From the NCBI GenBank assembly GCA_963764625.1, contig CAVXTH010000006.1, forward strand, positions 352,001 through 416,000: a stretch of DNA of 64,000 nucleotides, in the 5' to 3' direction. Shown piece after piece: positions 8,943 to 18,856 of this stretch (position 1 is its first letter; the number at the start of each line of letters is the position of its first letter). This DNA comes from Candidatus Krumholzibacteriota bacterium (GTDB taxonomy: Bacteria; Krumholzibacteriota; Krumholzibacteriia; JAJRXK01). The notes beneath the pieces are model-generated. The model had not been told where the DNA came from. It did not search any database and saw only the letters and a list, made by a program, of their open reading frames with translations. The translations under genes were made by a program, and so were the position numbers.

Positions 8943-10444
8943 TCGCACGGACCAACCTGGGCGCTCTCAGCGCACGGCTCGGCCTGCATTCACTCGCGGG
9001 CCCCAGCGAAGTTTCGGTGAAAGGGATCTGCAGCGATTCGAGAAGAGTGACGCCGGGTTCTTGCTTCGTGGCCGTCGAGGGGTACGCGGTGGATGGTCAC
9101 GAGTACGTGGCGGACGCGGTCGCGCGCGGCGCGTGCGCGATCATCTTGCAGGAAGGGCACGAGTCACTCGTCTCCCCCGACACCCAGGTGGCCTTCTATT
9201 CGGCCGACGACACGCGTCTGACCTTGGGAGTTCTCTCGCGGGAATCCCACCGGAAGCCCGATTTGAAACTCGAGCTGGTGGCGGTGACCGGAACCAATGG
9301 CAAGACCACCGTGAGTCATCTCGTCCGCGACATCCTGGTCGAGTCCGGAAGGTCCTGCGGTCTTCTGGGAACCATCGAGTACGACACGGGAAGACAGGTG
9401 CGGTCGGCTTCCCTCACCACTCCGGACGCGACCGAGTTCTATGGTCTCCTCGACGAGATGTGCGAGGCCGGGCTCGACAGCTGCGTGTTCGAGGCCAGCT
9501 CTCATGCCTTGGACCAGGAGAGAATCGGTACCGCGGAAGTCGACGTTGCCGCCTTCACCAATCTGAGTCGCGAACACCTCGACTATCATCCGGACCTGCA
9601 GAGTTACCTGGCCGCAAAACGTCGGCTCCTCGAACGTCTCGAGGGTCCCGCGCGGCTGAAAGCGCGCGGCCGGGCCGTGGTCTTCGTCGATGACGAGATT
9701 CTGGCCGCCGCTCCCTGGCCCGATCGGACCCTGCGCGTCGGCCGGCGGGAGGGTAGCGATCTGAGGTTGCTCGATTCCGTGATCCGTCGCGACGGAAGCT
9801 CCTTGCGAGTCGAGTTCGAACACGAGGAAATCGAATTCCAATCCCGTCTCTTGGGCGGCTTCAACGTGGACAATGCACTGGTCGCGCTCGGATGCGGATT
9901 CGCGCTTGGTCTCTCTGCCGAGGAACTGCAGTCGGGCCTGGCCTCGGCGAAGCCGGTGCGAGGTCGTCTGGAAGCAGTCGAGCTATCTGGCGGCCCACTG
10001 GTCGTGGTCGACTATGCGCACACTCCCGATGGTCTAAGGGAAGCTCTGGCCGCGTGCCGTCAGATCAGTCCTGGCCGCATTCACGTCGTCTTCGGATGCG
10101 GTGGCGATCGCGATCGAGGCAAGCGCCCTCTGATGGCCGCGACCGTCATGGACGGCGCCGACGAGATCTACCTCACCCTCGACAACCCACGCACCGAAGA
10201 TCGCCAGAGGATCTTTCAGGACGTCGAGGCGGGGATGCAACGCGCGTACGAGGAGGGTTGGGCCCGCACCATCGAGGACCGGGGCGAGGCGATCGCAGCC
10301 GCGATCGACGCCGCGGACTCCGGCGAGCTGGTGCTTCTGGCGGGAAAGGGCCACGAGAATTACCAGATCATCGGCAAGGAGAAGCTCCCCTGGGACGACG
10401 CGGACGCGGCGCGGACTGCCTGGAGCCGGGGGAGAAGAGCATGA
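8939..10444 (+). CDS. murE: UDP-MurNAc-tripeptide synthetase MurE (meso-DAP type)
   Basis: DSRRV, VTGTNGKTT, LTTP, EASSH, DYAHTPDG, FGCGGDRD, DNPR and AGKGHE motifs. Confidence 0.95.
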   Translation: MIARTNLGALSARLGLHSLAGPSEVSVKGICSDSRRVTPGSCFVAVEGYAVDGHEYVADAVARGACAIILQEGHESLVSPDTQVAFYSADDTRLTLGVLSRESHRKPDLKLELVAVTGTNGKTTVSHLVRDILVESGRSCGLLGTIEYDTGRQVRSASLTTPDATEFYGLLDEMCEAGLDSCVFEASSHALDQERIGTAEVDVAAFTNLSREHLDYHPDLQSYLAAKRRLLERLEGPARLKARGRAVVFVDDEILAAAPWPDRTLRVGRREGSDLRLLDSVIRRDGSSLRVEFEHEEIEFQSRLLGGFNVDNALVALGCGFALGLSAEELQSGLASAKPVRGRLEAVELSGGPLVVVDYAHTPDGLREALAACRQISPGRIHVVFGCGGDRDRGKRPLMAATVMDGADEIYLTLDNPRTEDRQRIFQDVEAGMQRAYEEGWARTIEDRGEAIAAAIDAADSGELVLLAGKGHENYQIIGKEKLPWDDADAARTAWSRGRRA

Positions 10445-11847
10445 GTTTTTCCGCCTACGACATCCACGAGTGGCTCGACGATGGGGACGTCGCCCATCGC
10501 CTTCTGCAGGCGGACGGTTCGGTGTGGACCTCGGAGGGGAGCCTGGCTTCCCGTATCCTGCAGGGCGCGGTCGTCGATAGCAGACAGTCGAAGCCTTCGT
10601 TCCTGTTCGTCGCCTTACAAGGAGACCGGCAGCACGGCGCCGACTTCCTGGTCCAGAGCTTCGAGCGGGGCGCGGCCGCCGCTCTGATGGAAAACAGAAT
10701 CCCCAAGGCGGAAGGCTTTGACCAGCCGGTCTTTTTGGTGGAGGACGCGCACACCGCTCTCTTTGCCCTCACCCGGGGATGGCTGAAGGCTCATCCCACG
10801 ACGGTGATCGGAATCACCGGTACCAACGGAAAGACCACCACCAAGGACATGACGAAGGCGGCCCTGGGAGACCGTCAGGTGGGCATTAGTCCGGGGAACC
10901 TCAACAGTCGCATCGGCCTTCCTCTGGCGGTGCTTTCGCAGGGCGACAATCTCGACCTTTTGGTCCTGGAAATGGGCGCATCTCGTCCGGGCGAGATCGG
11001 CGCTCTGAGCGAATGCGTTCAGCCACGGATCGGATGTGTCACCAACGTGGGCGCGGCTCATCTGGAGAACTTCGTCGATCTGGACGGAGTCTTGAAGGAA
11101 AAGTCGTCGCTCCTTCAACACTTGCCCAAGAAAGGCTGGGCGGTCCTGCCCGGTGACGACGCGAACTACGAGCGCCTGCTGAACGCGAGCGGCGCCGATC
11201 GAAGCATCTCCTTCGGAAGAAGCGAATCGTGCGACGTGAGACTGCAGGAATGCGAGCAAACGTCGATGGGTCTGCGCGTGAGGGTGCAAGGAGTCGAGGC
11301 GACCTTGCCTCTCTTCGGGGAAGCCAATGGACTCAATGCCGCGGCGGCCTGTGCCATCGCGAAAGTCAACGGAGTGGCAACGGAAGAGGCTCTGCCTCGC
11401 ATCGCTCAGGCCACGGTCTCTCCGCACCGCAGCCGCTTCGTGCTGCGAGCGGGATGCGTCATTCTCGACGATTGCTACAACGCGAATCCCGCCAGTATGG
11501 ATTCGGCCCTCACCAGTCTCGCCAAACTTCCCGTGAAGGGAAGGAAGATCGCCGTCCTGGGCAGCATGGCGGAGCTGGGACCCGAGAGCACGAATCTGCA
11601 CCGGGAGATTGTGGGGCGGGCGCGCGAGTTGGGCATCGACGAACTCGTGCCGGTCGGACGGCAGATGTCCTTCGCGATGGCCGGGCACGAGGCCCCGGAT
11701 CAGAACCTGGACGAACTGGGCCGTGATGTGGCCAGTGGTCTGCGCGAGGGAGACGCCGTCCTCTTCAAGGCCAGCCGAAGCGTAGGGCTCGAAGCAGCTC
11801 TCGAATCCCTGCTCGATGAGTTGAGCACCCGGGGAGGTGAGGGCTGA
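10441..11847 (+). CDS. murF: UDP-MurNAc-pentapeptide synthetase MurF
   Basis: ITGTNGKTTTKDM, NLNSRIGLP, EMGA...GEI, DDCYNANPASM, M.ELG and FKASR motifs. Confidence 0.95.
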   Translation: MSFSAYDIHEWLDDGDVAHRLLQADGSVWTSEGSLASRILQGAVVDSRQSKPSFLFVALQGDRQHGADFLVQSFERGAAAALMENRIPKAEGFDQPVFLVEDAHTALFALTRGWLKAHPTTVIGITGTNGKTTTKDMTKAALGDRQVGISPGNLNSRIGLPLAVLSQGDNLDLLVLEMGASRPGEIGALSECVQPRIGCVTNVGAAHLENFVDLDGVLKEKSSLLQHLPKKGWAVLPGDDANYERLLNASGADRSISFGRSESCDVRLQECEQTSMGLRVRVQGVEATLPLFGEANGLNAAAACAIAKVNGVATEEALPRIAQATVSPHRSRFVLRAGCVILDDCYNANPASMDSALTSLAKLPVKGRKIAVLGSMAELGPESTNLHREIVGRARELGIDELVPVGRQMSFAMAGHEAPDQNLDELGRDVASGLREGDAVLFKASRSVGLEAALESLLDELSTRGGEG

Positions 11848-12935
11848 TGTTCTATGAACTGGTCGAGGTCCTCCGCGGTAGCTGGGGCGCATTCAACGTC
11901 TTCCGCTACATCACCTTCCGGGCCGCGTACGCCACGGTGACCGCGCTGCTCATCTGCTTCTTGTTCGGTGGCTGGGCCATCGCCAAGCTCCGGTCGCTGC
12001 AGATCGGCGAGACCATACGAGAGGAGGGGCCGGAAGCACATCGCCTCAAGGCCGGAACTCCTACCATGGGCGGACTCTTGATTCTGGCCGCCATCATCAT
12101 TCCCATGCTCTTGTGGGGAAACCTCGGAAACCAGTTGGTGAAGGTCGCTCTGCTCAGCACCGTGTTCATGGGTCTTCTCGGTTTCATCGACGACTATCTG
12201 AAAGTGGTTCTGATGAAGCGGAACGGACTCTCCGGCCGCTGGAAAATCCTGGCCCAGGGAATCTTTGGTCTGGTGCTCGCTCTCTGGATGGTGCGCACCC
12301 CCGAGTACGCCGGGATCGCCACCGAGAGCACTCTGCCGTTCTTCAAGGGCGTGATGCTCAACTGGGGCTGGTTGTACGTGCCTCTGGTCGTACTCGTATT
12401 CGCCGGGACCACCAACGCGGTGAATCTCGCCGATGGGCTCGATGGTCTCGCGGTGGGTCTGGTGGCTCTGTGCTTCGCCGCGTTTGCGGTGCTGGCCTAC
12501 GTCACCGGCAACAGTGTCATCAGCGGCTACTTGAACATCCTGTTCCTGCGCGACGCCGGTGAACTCTCGGTCTTCGCGATGGCAGTGCTCGGCGCTTCGC
12601 TCGGGTTCCTCTGGTACAACGCGCATCCGGCGGAAGTCTTCATGGGGGATACCGGTTCCATGGCTTTGGGCGGGGCGCTGGCCAGCGTGGCCCTGCTCAT
12701 CAAGCAGGAACTGCTGCTCGTGGTCATCGGAGGTGTGTTCGTGGCGGAGGCGCTCTCGGTCGCCTTGCAGGTGATGAGCTACCGAATGCGGGGCGGCAAA
12801 CGCATCTTTCTCATGGCTCCGGTTCACCATCATTTCGAGAAGCTCGGCTGGAGCGAGTCGAAAGTCGTGATCCGTTTCTGGATCGTGGGAGCTCTTTTGG
12901 TGCTGCTCTCGGTCTCTACCCTGAAGCTAAGGTGA
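11847..12935 (+). CDS. mraY: Phospho-N-acetylmuramoyl-pentapeptide transferase MraY
   Basis: KAGTPTMGG, GFIDDYLK, NAVNLADGLDGL, FMGDTGS and MAPVHHHFE motifs. Confidence 0.97.
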   Translation: MFYELVEVLRGSWGAFNVFRYITFRAAYATVTALLICFLFGGWAIAKLRSLQIGETIREEGPEAHRLKAGTPTMGGLLILAAIIIPMLLWGNLGNQLVKVALLSTVFMGLLGFIDDYLKVVLMKRNGLSGRWKILAQGIFGLVLALWMVRTPEYAGIATESTLPFFKGVMLNWGWLYVPLVVLVFAGTTNAVNLADGLDGLAVGLVALCFAAFAVLAYVTGNSVISGYLNILFLRDAGELSVFAMAVLGASLGFLWYNAHPAEVFMGDTGSMALGGALASVALLIKQELLLVVIGGVFVAEALSVALQVMSYRMRGGKRIFLMAPVHHHFEKLGWSESKVVIRFWIVGALLVLLSVSTLKLR

Positions 12936-14344
12936 TGAGAGTGATGACGCGAGCGAAGGAGTTTCTGCCGCGCGAAGGCTCCTGGCGTGACACTCGCGTC
13001 GGAGTCTTCGGCATGGGCAGAAGCGGAACCGCCGCCGCCGAGCTCCTTCTGAACGAAGGCTGCAGGGTGAGTGTCCTCGACGATCGGAATCGCAGCGAAC
13101 TCTCCGGCGAGCTCGCACCGCTTCAGGGCCGCATCGCGGGCTTCTGGTCGGGAGAAGAACTTCTGGGCCACGATGGACTGAACGAACTCGACGTGCTCGT
13201 CGTCAGCCCCGGCGTACCCGACACCAATCCGGTGGTACGGGAAACCCTGAGTCGAGGCATTCCCGTGTACAGCGAATTGGAACTCGCATCTCGGCGCGTG
13301 GAGGGACCGCTGCTGGTGGTGACGGGGACGAACGGCAAGAGCACCACCGTCAGTCTCATCCACCATCTCCTCATCACGGCGGGTAAGTCCTCGCTCCTGG
13401 CGGGCAACATCGGAACCGCGCTGAGCAGCGTGGTCGAGGACGCCAAGCCAGGAGTCTTCGCCGTCGTCGAGGCTTCCTCCTTCCAGCTCGAGCACGTGGA
13501 GAGCCTGCATCCCGAGGTGGCGGTTCTGCTAAACCTCGCCCCCGACCATCTCAATCGCTATCCCGACCTAAAGTCCTACGCGCAGGCCAAGAGCAGGATG
13601 CTGCAGCGGATGGACGAAAACGACGCCTTCGTATTTCCTCGCGGTGAGGTTTGGGCCGAAGCGTGGAGCGCGGTTTGCTCTTCTCGCAAGCTCCGTTTCC
13701 AGCCCGCGCCGATCACTACCGGGGAAGACGGGACCGGTCTCGCCGAAGACTGGCTCGTTCAACGCAGCGGGGGGCGGGAGGAGCGCATCCTCCCCGCCTC
13801 CGCGCTGCCGCTCTTGGGACACCACAATCTACTCAACGCCCTGGCCGCGCTCGCGGCGCTCCTTCCCTACCATCTGCCCGCGGCAATGCTGGCTGAGGGG
13901 CTTCGCGGCTTCAAGGGACTTCCCCACCGGGTCGAGCTCGTGGGTGAGATTTCCCAAGTTCGCTACGTGAACGACTCCAAGGCCACGAACGTGCACGCCG
14001 CACTGGCCGCACTCAACGGATTGACCGGACCCTTCGTGATGCTGCTAGGCGGTCAGGGCAAGGGGGAGGACTACCAGCCTCTCGCCGCGGCCATGACGCG
14101 GGTGCGCACGGCCATCTGTTACGGCGAGGAGGCTGACGCGATCGCATCCTCGCTTCAGGGTACGGTACAACTGCTCCGGGCCGAGGGAATGCGGCAGGCC
14201 CTCGAGATGGCCAGCGAGATCGCGGTCGCGGGGGACACCGTACTTCTCTCTCCTGCCTGCACCAGTTACGACGAATTCAGCTCTTTCGTGGAGCGTGGAG
14301 AGGTCTTCACCCAGTGGGTCAAAGAGAAAGGAGGGCGGGCATGA
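12935..14344 (+). CDS. murD: UDP-MurNAc-L-Ala:D-Glu ligase MurD
   Basis: G.GRSG, VSPGVP, TGTNGKSTT, GNIG, EASSFQLE, NDSKATN and LLSPAC.S.D.F motifs. Confidence 0.95.
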   Translation: MRVMTRAKEFLPREGSWRDTRVGVFGMGRSGTAAAELLLNEGCRVSVLDDRNRSELSGELAPLQGRIAGFWSGEELLGHDGLNELDVLVVSPGVPDTNPVVRETLSRGIPVYSELELASRRVEGPLLVVTGTNGKSTTVSLIHHLLITAGKSSLLAGNIGTALSSVVEDAKPGVFAVVEASSFQLEHVESLHPEVAVLLNLAPDHLNRYPDLKSYAQAKSRMLQRMDENDAFVFPRGEVWAEAWSAVCSSRKLRFQPAPITTGEDGTGLAEDWLVQRSGGREERILPASALPLLGHHNLLNALAALAALLPYHLPAAMLAEGLRGFKGLPHRVELVGEISQVRYVNDSKATNVHAALAALNGLTGPFVMLLGGQGKGEDYQPLAAAMTRVRTAICYGEEADAIASSLQGTVQLLRAEGMRQALEMASEIAVAGDTVLLSPACTSYDEFSSFVERGEVFTQWVKEKGGRA

Positions 14345-15486
14345 GAGAGTCGATCACGCTTCCCGATCGCCGGCTCGTCCTTCTGACTCTCTTACTGGTC
14401 GGACTGGGCATGATCATGGTCTACGCCTCGAGCAGCTATCGCGCGAGCCTGGCCGGAGTGACCGAATTCTCGTTCGCTGCGCGCCAGACGCTCAGGGCGG
14501 TCATCGGGCTCGGCGTAATGTTTCTTTTGGCGTGGATTCCCTACCGTGTTACCTGCCGCTTCGCCCTCATCGCGTTGCCAGCCGCCCTTCTCATGCTATT
14601 GATCACGGTAGTGGGAACGAGTTTCACCCGGGCCTCGTATGGAATCACCCGCTGGCTGCACATCTTCGGCGTCATCGTCCAGCCGGTCGAACTCGTGAAG
14701 TTGGGCCTGGCTCTGGGGTTGCCCTACTGGATCGATCGTCAACCCGAAGTCACCCGCGAGGGAAGAGCGTTCCTTCGCATGGCGACCGTGCCCGGCATCG
14801 CGGTACTCCTCTTGGCCCTCCAACCTAATTTCGGCTCCGCGATGGCGCTGGCGATGCTCTGTCTGAGCCTGTTCTGGCTCGGAGGGGTGAAAGCACGTTG
14901 GCTTTTCTTGCTGGTGCTAGCGGGAGCGGTCCTCTGCTGGTTGGCCTATGCCCATGTAGGCAAGGTGCACGAACGTGTCGCGGCCTGGATGGACCTGCTC
15001 CTACGCGGTGGTCACGACGGACGCTTCGGGTATCAGTCGTACCAGGCGCTGGTGGGTCTGGGAAGCGGCGGATGGCACGGAGTGGGGCCGGGCATGAGCA
15101 CCATGAAGTACCTCTTCTTGCCCGCGAGTCACACCGATTTCATCTTCGCCATCCTGGGCGAAGAACTGGGCTTTTTGGGGGCCGGCGGGCTCATCGTGAT
15201 CCTCTTCTTCTGGTTCGCCCGCACGTTGAAAGTGGCGCGCAACGCTCCCGATGGACTGGCCTATCTGGTCACTCTGAGCGTCGGAGCGATGGTGCTCTGC
15301 TACGCCTTGATCAATCTGGCCGTGGTGGTGGGTTTGATGCCCGTTACCGGTCTTCCGCTGCCCTTCCTGAGTTACGGGGGAAGCGCCCTCATCACCAATC
15401 TGGCTGGAGTCGGAGTGTTGCTGAGCGTGACGCGGCACTTGCGCCGCCGGCGCGCTCCCCACGACCGATGGAGGAACAGGGCATGA
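14341..15486 (+). CDS. ftsW: Peptidoglycan glycosyltransferase FtsW (SEDS)
   Basis: GM.MVYASS, RW, QP.ELVK, QPNFG, LP..HTDFIFAI.GEELG and TGLPLPFLSYGGS motifs. Confidence 0.95.
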   Translation: MRESITLPDRRLVLLTLLLVGLGMIMVYASSSYRASLAGVTEFSFAARQTLRAVIGLGVMFLLAWIPYRVTCRFALIALPAALLMLLITVVGTSFTRASYGITRWLHIFGVIVQPVELVKLGLALGLPYWIDRQPEVTREGRAFLRMATVPGIAVLLLALQPNFGSAMALAMLCLSLFWLGGVKARWLFLLVLAGAVLCWLAYAHVGKVHERVAAWMDLLLRGGHDGRFGYQSYQALVGLGSGGWHGVGPGMSTMKYLFLPASHTDFIFAILGEELGFLGAGGLIVILFFWFARTLKVARNAPDGLAYLVTLSVGAMVLCYALINLAVVVGLMPVTGLPLPFLSYGGSALITNLAGVGVLLSVTRHLRRRRAPHDRWRNRA

Positions 15487-16610
15487 GCGCGCGCTTCCTC
15501 ATCGCGGCCGGTGGCACTGGGGGCCACGTGCAGCCCGCTCTGGCGGTGGCTCGCGCGCTGCTGCGGCAGAGTCCTTCCGCCCGCGTGCACTTCGTGGGAG
15601 GTCGCCGCGGCATCGAGACGCGCCTGGTTCCCGCGGCGGGCTTCCCGCTCACGCGACTTCCGGCGGCCGGACTTCGCGGGCTGGGAATTTGGGGCGCGGT
15701 GCGCTTCGCCCTCAGCTTCGGACTGGCTTTCCTCTTGGCCGTGCCCCTAATTCTGCGCCTGCGTCCCGCCGCGGTTCTCTCGACCGGTGGCTATGCCAGC
15801 GCGGCTCCTTCGGTCGCGGCGGCGCTCATGGGAAAACCCCTGTGGCTGCAAGAGCAGAACTCGGTGCCCGGCTCGACCAACCGCTTCCTCTCGCGCTTTG
15901 CCGAGCGCGCGTACGTGGCCTTTGCGCAGGGAGCGGAGTTCCTTTCGCGCGCCAAGCGGGTCGAAGTACTTCCCAACCCCGTGCGGGAGGAGATCACGAA
16001 CGCGCGGGGCAGCCGGCCGCGATCCGAAGACTACGAAGCATTCGGACTGCAAGATTCTAGCAAACTCACCCTGCTGGTGTTCGGAGGCAGCCGGGGAGCC
16101 TCCCGTCTAAACCAGGCAGTGGTGGGCGCCTGGCAATCGCTCGCGGGGCGGAGCTCCTGGCAAGCACTCGTGCAGACCGGAAGCGAGGACTTGCCGAACG
16201 TGCGCGCTGGGCTGGAAGGCCTCGGCGCGATCACCGCCTGCGCCTACATCGACGATATGGCGGCCGCGTACCGCGTCGCGGATCTCGTGGTGTGCCGGGC
16301 CGGAGCGCTCACCCTGGCCGAACTCTCCGCCATCGGGAAAGCCGCGATCCTCGTGCCCTATCCGCATGCCACGGACGATCACCAAACCCACAACGCCGCC
16401 GCGTTTGAGCAGGCCAAGGCGGCGAGGCTCATCGCCGACGATCGCTTTGATGCGTCGGCGCTCGTGAATCTGCTCGAAGAGTTCCAAGAGAATCCAGCCG
16501 CGCTGGAGACGATGGGGGAGGCGGCGGCGATGATCGCCGCCGGAAGGAACGGTGCTGCTGAGCTCGCCGCCGCCTTGATCTCTCGCGCGCAGGAAGGGAG
16601 GGACGCATGA
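15483..16610 (+). CDS. murG: Lipid II GlcNAc transferase MurG
   Basis: GGTGGHVQP, GGY.S, EQN..PG..N, FGGSRGA, RAGA.T.AE and P.P.A.DDHQ..NA motifs. Confidence 0.95.
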   Translation: MSARFLIAAGGTGGHVQPALAVARALLRQSPSARVHFVGGRRGIETRLVPAAGFPLTRLPAAGLRGLGIWGAVRFALSFGLAFLLAVPLILRLRPAAVLSTGGYASAAPSVAAALMGKPLWLQEQNSVPGSTNRFLSRFAERAYVAFAQGAEFLSRAKRVEVLPNPVREEITNARGSRPRSEDYEAFGLQDSSKLTLLVFGGSRGASRLNQAVVGAWQSLAGRSSWQALVQTGSEDLPNVRAGLEGLGAITACAYIDDMAAAYRVADLVVCRAGALTLAELSAIGKAAILVPYPHATDDHQTHNAAAFEQAKAARLIADDRFDASALVNLLEEFQENPAALETMGEAAAMIAAGRNGAAELAAALISRAQEGRDA

Positions 16611-18046
16611 GTTGGACCGACCGAGGACTTTTCGTGCGACCCGGAGAACGGACCGCCGCGTTCCGTCTCACCCGGCGGATTCACTTCGTCGCCATCGGAG
16701 GCGTGGGTATGAGCGGCATCGCCGAAGTGCTCATCCACCTGGGATTCGAAGTGAGCGGCAGTGACGTTCGAGAAGGTCCGCAGACCCAGCGACTGCAGGA
16801 GATGGGTGCGCAGGTGTGGCTGGGCCATGATGCGCAGCACGTGAGTGATGTGGACGTGGTCGTCTTTTCCTCGGCGGTTCCCCAGAGCAACCCCGAGCTG
16901 GTGGAAGCCCGGCGGAAGGGAATTCCCGTCATCCGCCGCGCGGAGATGCTGGCAGAACTGATGCGTCTCAAGCACGGTGTCGCGGTCGCCGGTTCGCACG
17001 GGAAGACGACGACCAGCAGTCTCATCGCGACCGTCCTCACCGAGGGCGGCCTAGAGCCCACGGTGATCGTGGGAGGAAAGCTCCTGGCGCTCGGCGGGAC
17101 CGCAGTGTTGGGCGGGGGAGAGTACCTGGTCGCGGAGGCGGATGAGAGCGACGGCACTTTCCTGCGGCTCGATCCCACGATCGCGGTGATCACCAACGTG
17201 GATCACGAGCACATGGACCACTACGGAGACATGGAAGCGGTGCGGAAGGCCTTCGTCGACTTCATGGATCGTGTACCGTTCTACGGCAAGGTCATCGCGT
17301 GCAGTGACGATCCCGAACTTGCGGCCCTCTTGCCGCGCATCCGCTGGACTCCTTTCACCTACGGAAGCACGGAGAACTGCGACCTGCGGGTGAGCCGTGA
17401 AAAGGGCGACGATTCCGGAATGCGGCTGCGGTTCTGGCTGCACGAAAATGAACTGGGCACCTGTCAGTTGCCTCTTTTCGGCGCGCACAACGCAATGAAC
17501 GCGGCGGCGGCAGTGGCCACCGGTCTCGAGTTGGGACTGAACTTCGAGCAAATTTCGCGTGCGCTCGTCTGCTTCGGCGGGGTGGGCCGCCGTCTGGAAC
17601 AAAAGGGTGAAGTAGGCGGCATCCTGGTGGTGGACGACTACGGGCACCATCCCACCGAGCTGGGAGTGACCATCGAAGCGCTTCGCGAGAGTTTCCACCG
17701 CCGCCTGGTCGTCGTTTTCCAACCCCATCGCTATACGCGCACCCGCGATCACCACGAAGCGTTCGCGAAAGTGCTCGCTCAGGCCGATGAGGTGGGGATT
17801 CTCCCCATCTATGCCGCGAGCGAGGACCCGATCGAGGGAGTCGACAGCGAACTCATCGCGTCTCGTTTGGAAAAGGAATATTCACGGCCGGTGAAGCGTC
17901 TTCGCACTCTGGATGAGGCAGTGGAATGGGCCAAGAAATCGGCTCGTTCCGGAGATCTCTGGCTAACTCAGGGGGCGGGAGACATCACGCATCTCGCGGA
18001 TCTGCTCTTGCACGCTCTGGCCGACAGAATCGAGGAAGAGGCATGA
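16607..18046 (+). CDS. murC: UDP-MurNAc:L-Ala ligase MurC
   Basis: IGGVGMSGIA, GSHGKTTTS, EADESDG, DDYGHHPTE and FQPHRYTRT motifs. Confidence 0.97.
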   Translation: MSWTDRGLFVRPGERTAAFRLTRRIHFVAIGGVGMSGIAEVLIHLGFEVSGSDVREGPQTQRLQEMGAQVWLGHDAQHVSDVDVVVFSSAVPQSNPELVEARRKGIPVIRRAEMLAELMRLKHGVAVAGSHGKTTTSSLIATVLTEGGLEPTVIVGGKLLALGGTAVLGGGEYLVAEADESDGTFLRLDPTIAVITNVDHEHMDHYGDMEAVRKAFVDFMDRVPFYGKVIACSDDPELAALLPRIRWTPFTYGSTENCDLRVSREKGDDSGMRLRFWLHENELGTCQLPLFGAHNAMNAAAAVATGLELGLNFEQISRALVCFGGVGRRLEQKGEVGGILVVDDYGHHPTELGVTIEALRESFHRRLVVVFQPHRYTRTRDHHEAFAKVLAQADEVGILPIYAASEDPIEGVDSELIASRLEKEYSRPVKRLRTLDEAVEWAKKSARSGDLWLTQGAGDITHLADLLLHALADRIEEEA

Positions 18047-18855
18047 CGAAGATCCGCTACGTCGGTAGCCCGACCCGAAGAGAAAGTGGCGTCGCACCAG
18101 CGCGAACCCGACGGCCCTCCTCTCTAACGCGACGGAAGAAGAATACGCGCGCGCGCCTCAAGTGGATCGCGGCGGCGAGTTCGGTGGTGCTCGGCGGGCT
18201 GCTCGCGCTGAGTCTGGTTCTGCGCGTGCATGCGGTCAAGGTGCAGGGTCACATCGCCGCCGACCAAGCGCACCTTCGCACCGTTCTCTCCGAGTGCTTT
18301 GGCCAGCGGCTGTTCTTCCTGGATAAGGACGAGCTGCGTCAGAAGCTCATCGCGGATCCGTGGATCGAAGATGTGAAGTTCTATCCGCTTCCCACCGGGA
18401 CTCTTCGAGTCGCGGTGCGGGAAGCGAGCCCCGTCTTCTCGCTGGAAGATGGCGGGGCGGTCTGCGCCGACGGGAGAGTTCTGCCTCCCCGGCGCAGCAT
18501 CGATGTGTCCGGTCTACCCCGACTGAGGGCCCCACGTCGGGAGGGGACGACCGTACTGAGCAAGGCCACACGTGAGCTTGTGCGGAAGCTCTGTGTGTCC
18601 TTGAAGCGGACGCCGTGGACCTGGCCTTCGGGCCTCTCGTCGGTGGAGGTGGGGGAGAACGGCAGCGTTCGACTCATCACCGGCGACGGAGTCGAGGTTG
18701 TGTTGGGGTCTGGAGGCTGGGACCGGCGTTTGACGGTATTGACCGCTTCGCTGCCCATGCTACAGCCCGGTCCAGGGGACCGATTGGATCTACGCTTCGA
18801 GAGGCAAGTCGTCGTGACCTCCGCGGGTCAGGCGACGCGCCACATGGGAGGATGA
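18043..18855 (+). CDS. ftsQ: Cell division protein FtsQ/DivIB
   Basis: Basic N-terminus, TM helix, POTRA domain (PWIEDV...P.TLRV.V.E) and C-terminal LDLRF motif; precedes ftsA. Confidence 0.85.
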   Translation: MTKIRYVGSPTRRESGVAPARTRRPSSLTRRKKNTRARLKWIAAASSVVLGGLLALSLVLRVHAVKVQGHIAADQAHLRTVLSECFGQRLFFLDKDELRQKLIADPWIEDVKFYPLPTGTLRVAVREASPVFSLEDGGAVCADGRVLPPRRSIDVSGLPRLRAPRREGTTVLSKATRELVRKLCVSLKRTPWTWPSGLSSVEVGENGSVRLITGDGVEVVLGSGGWDRRLTVLTASLPMLQPGPGDRLDLRFERQVVVTSAGQATRHMGG

Positions 18856-18856
18856 A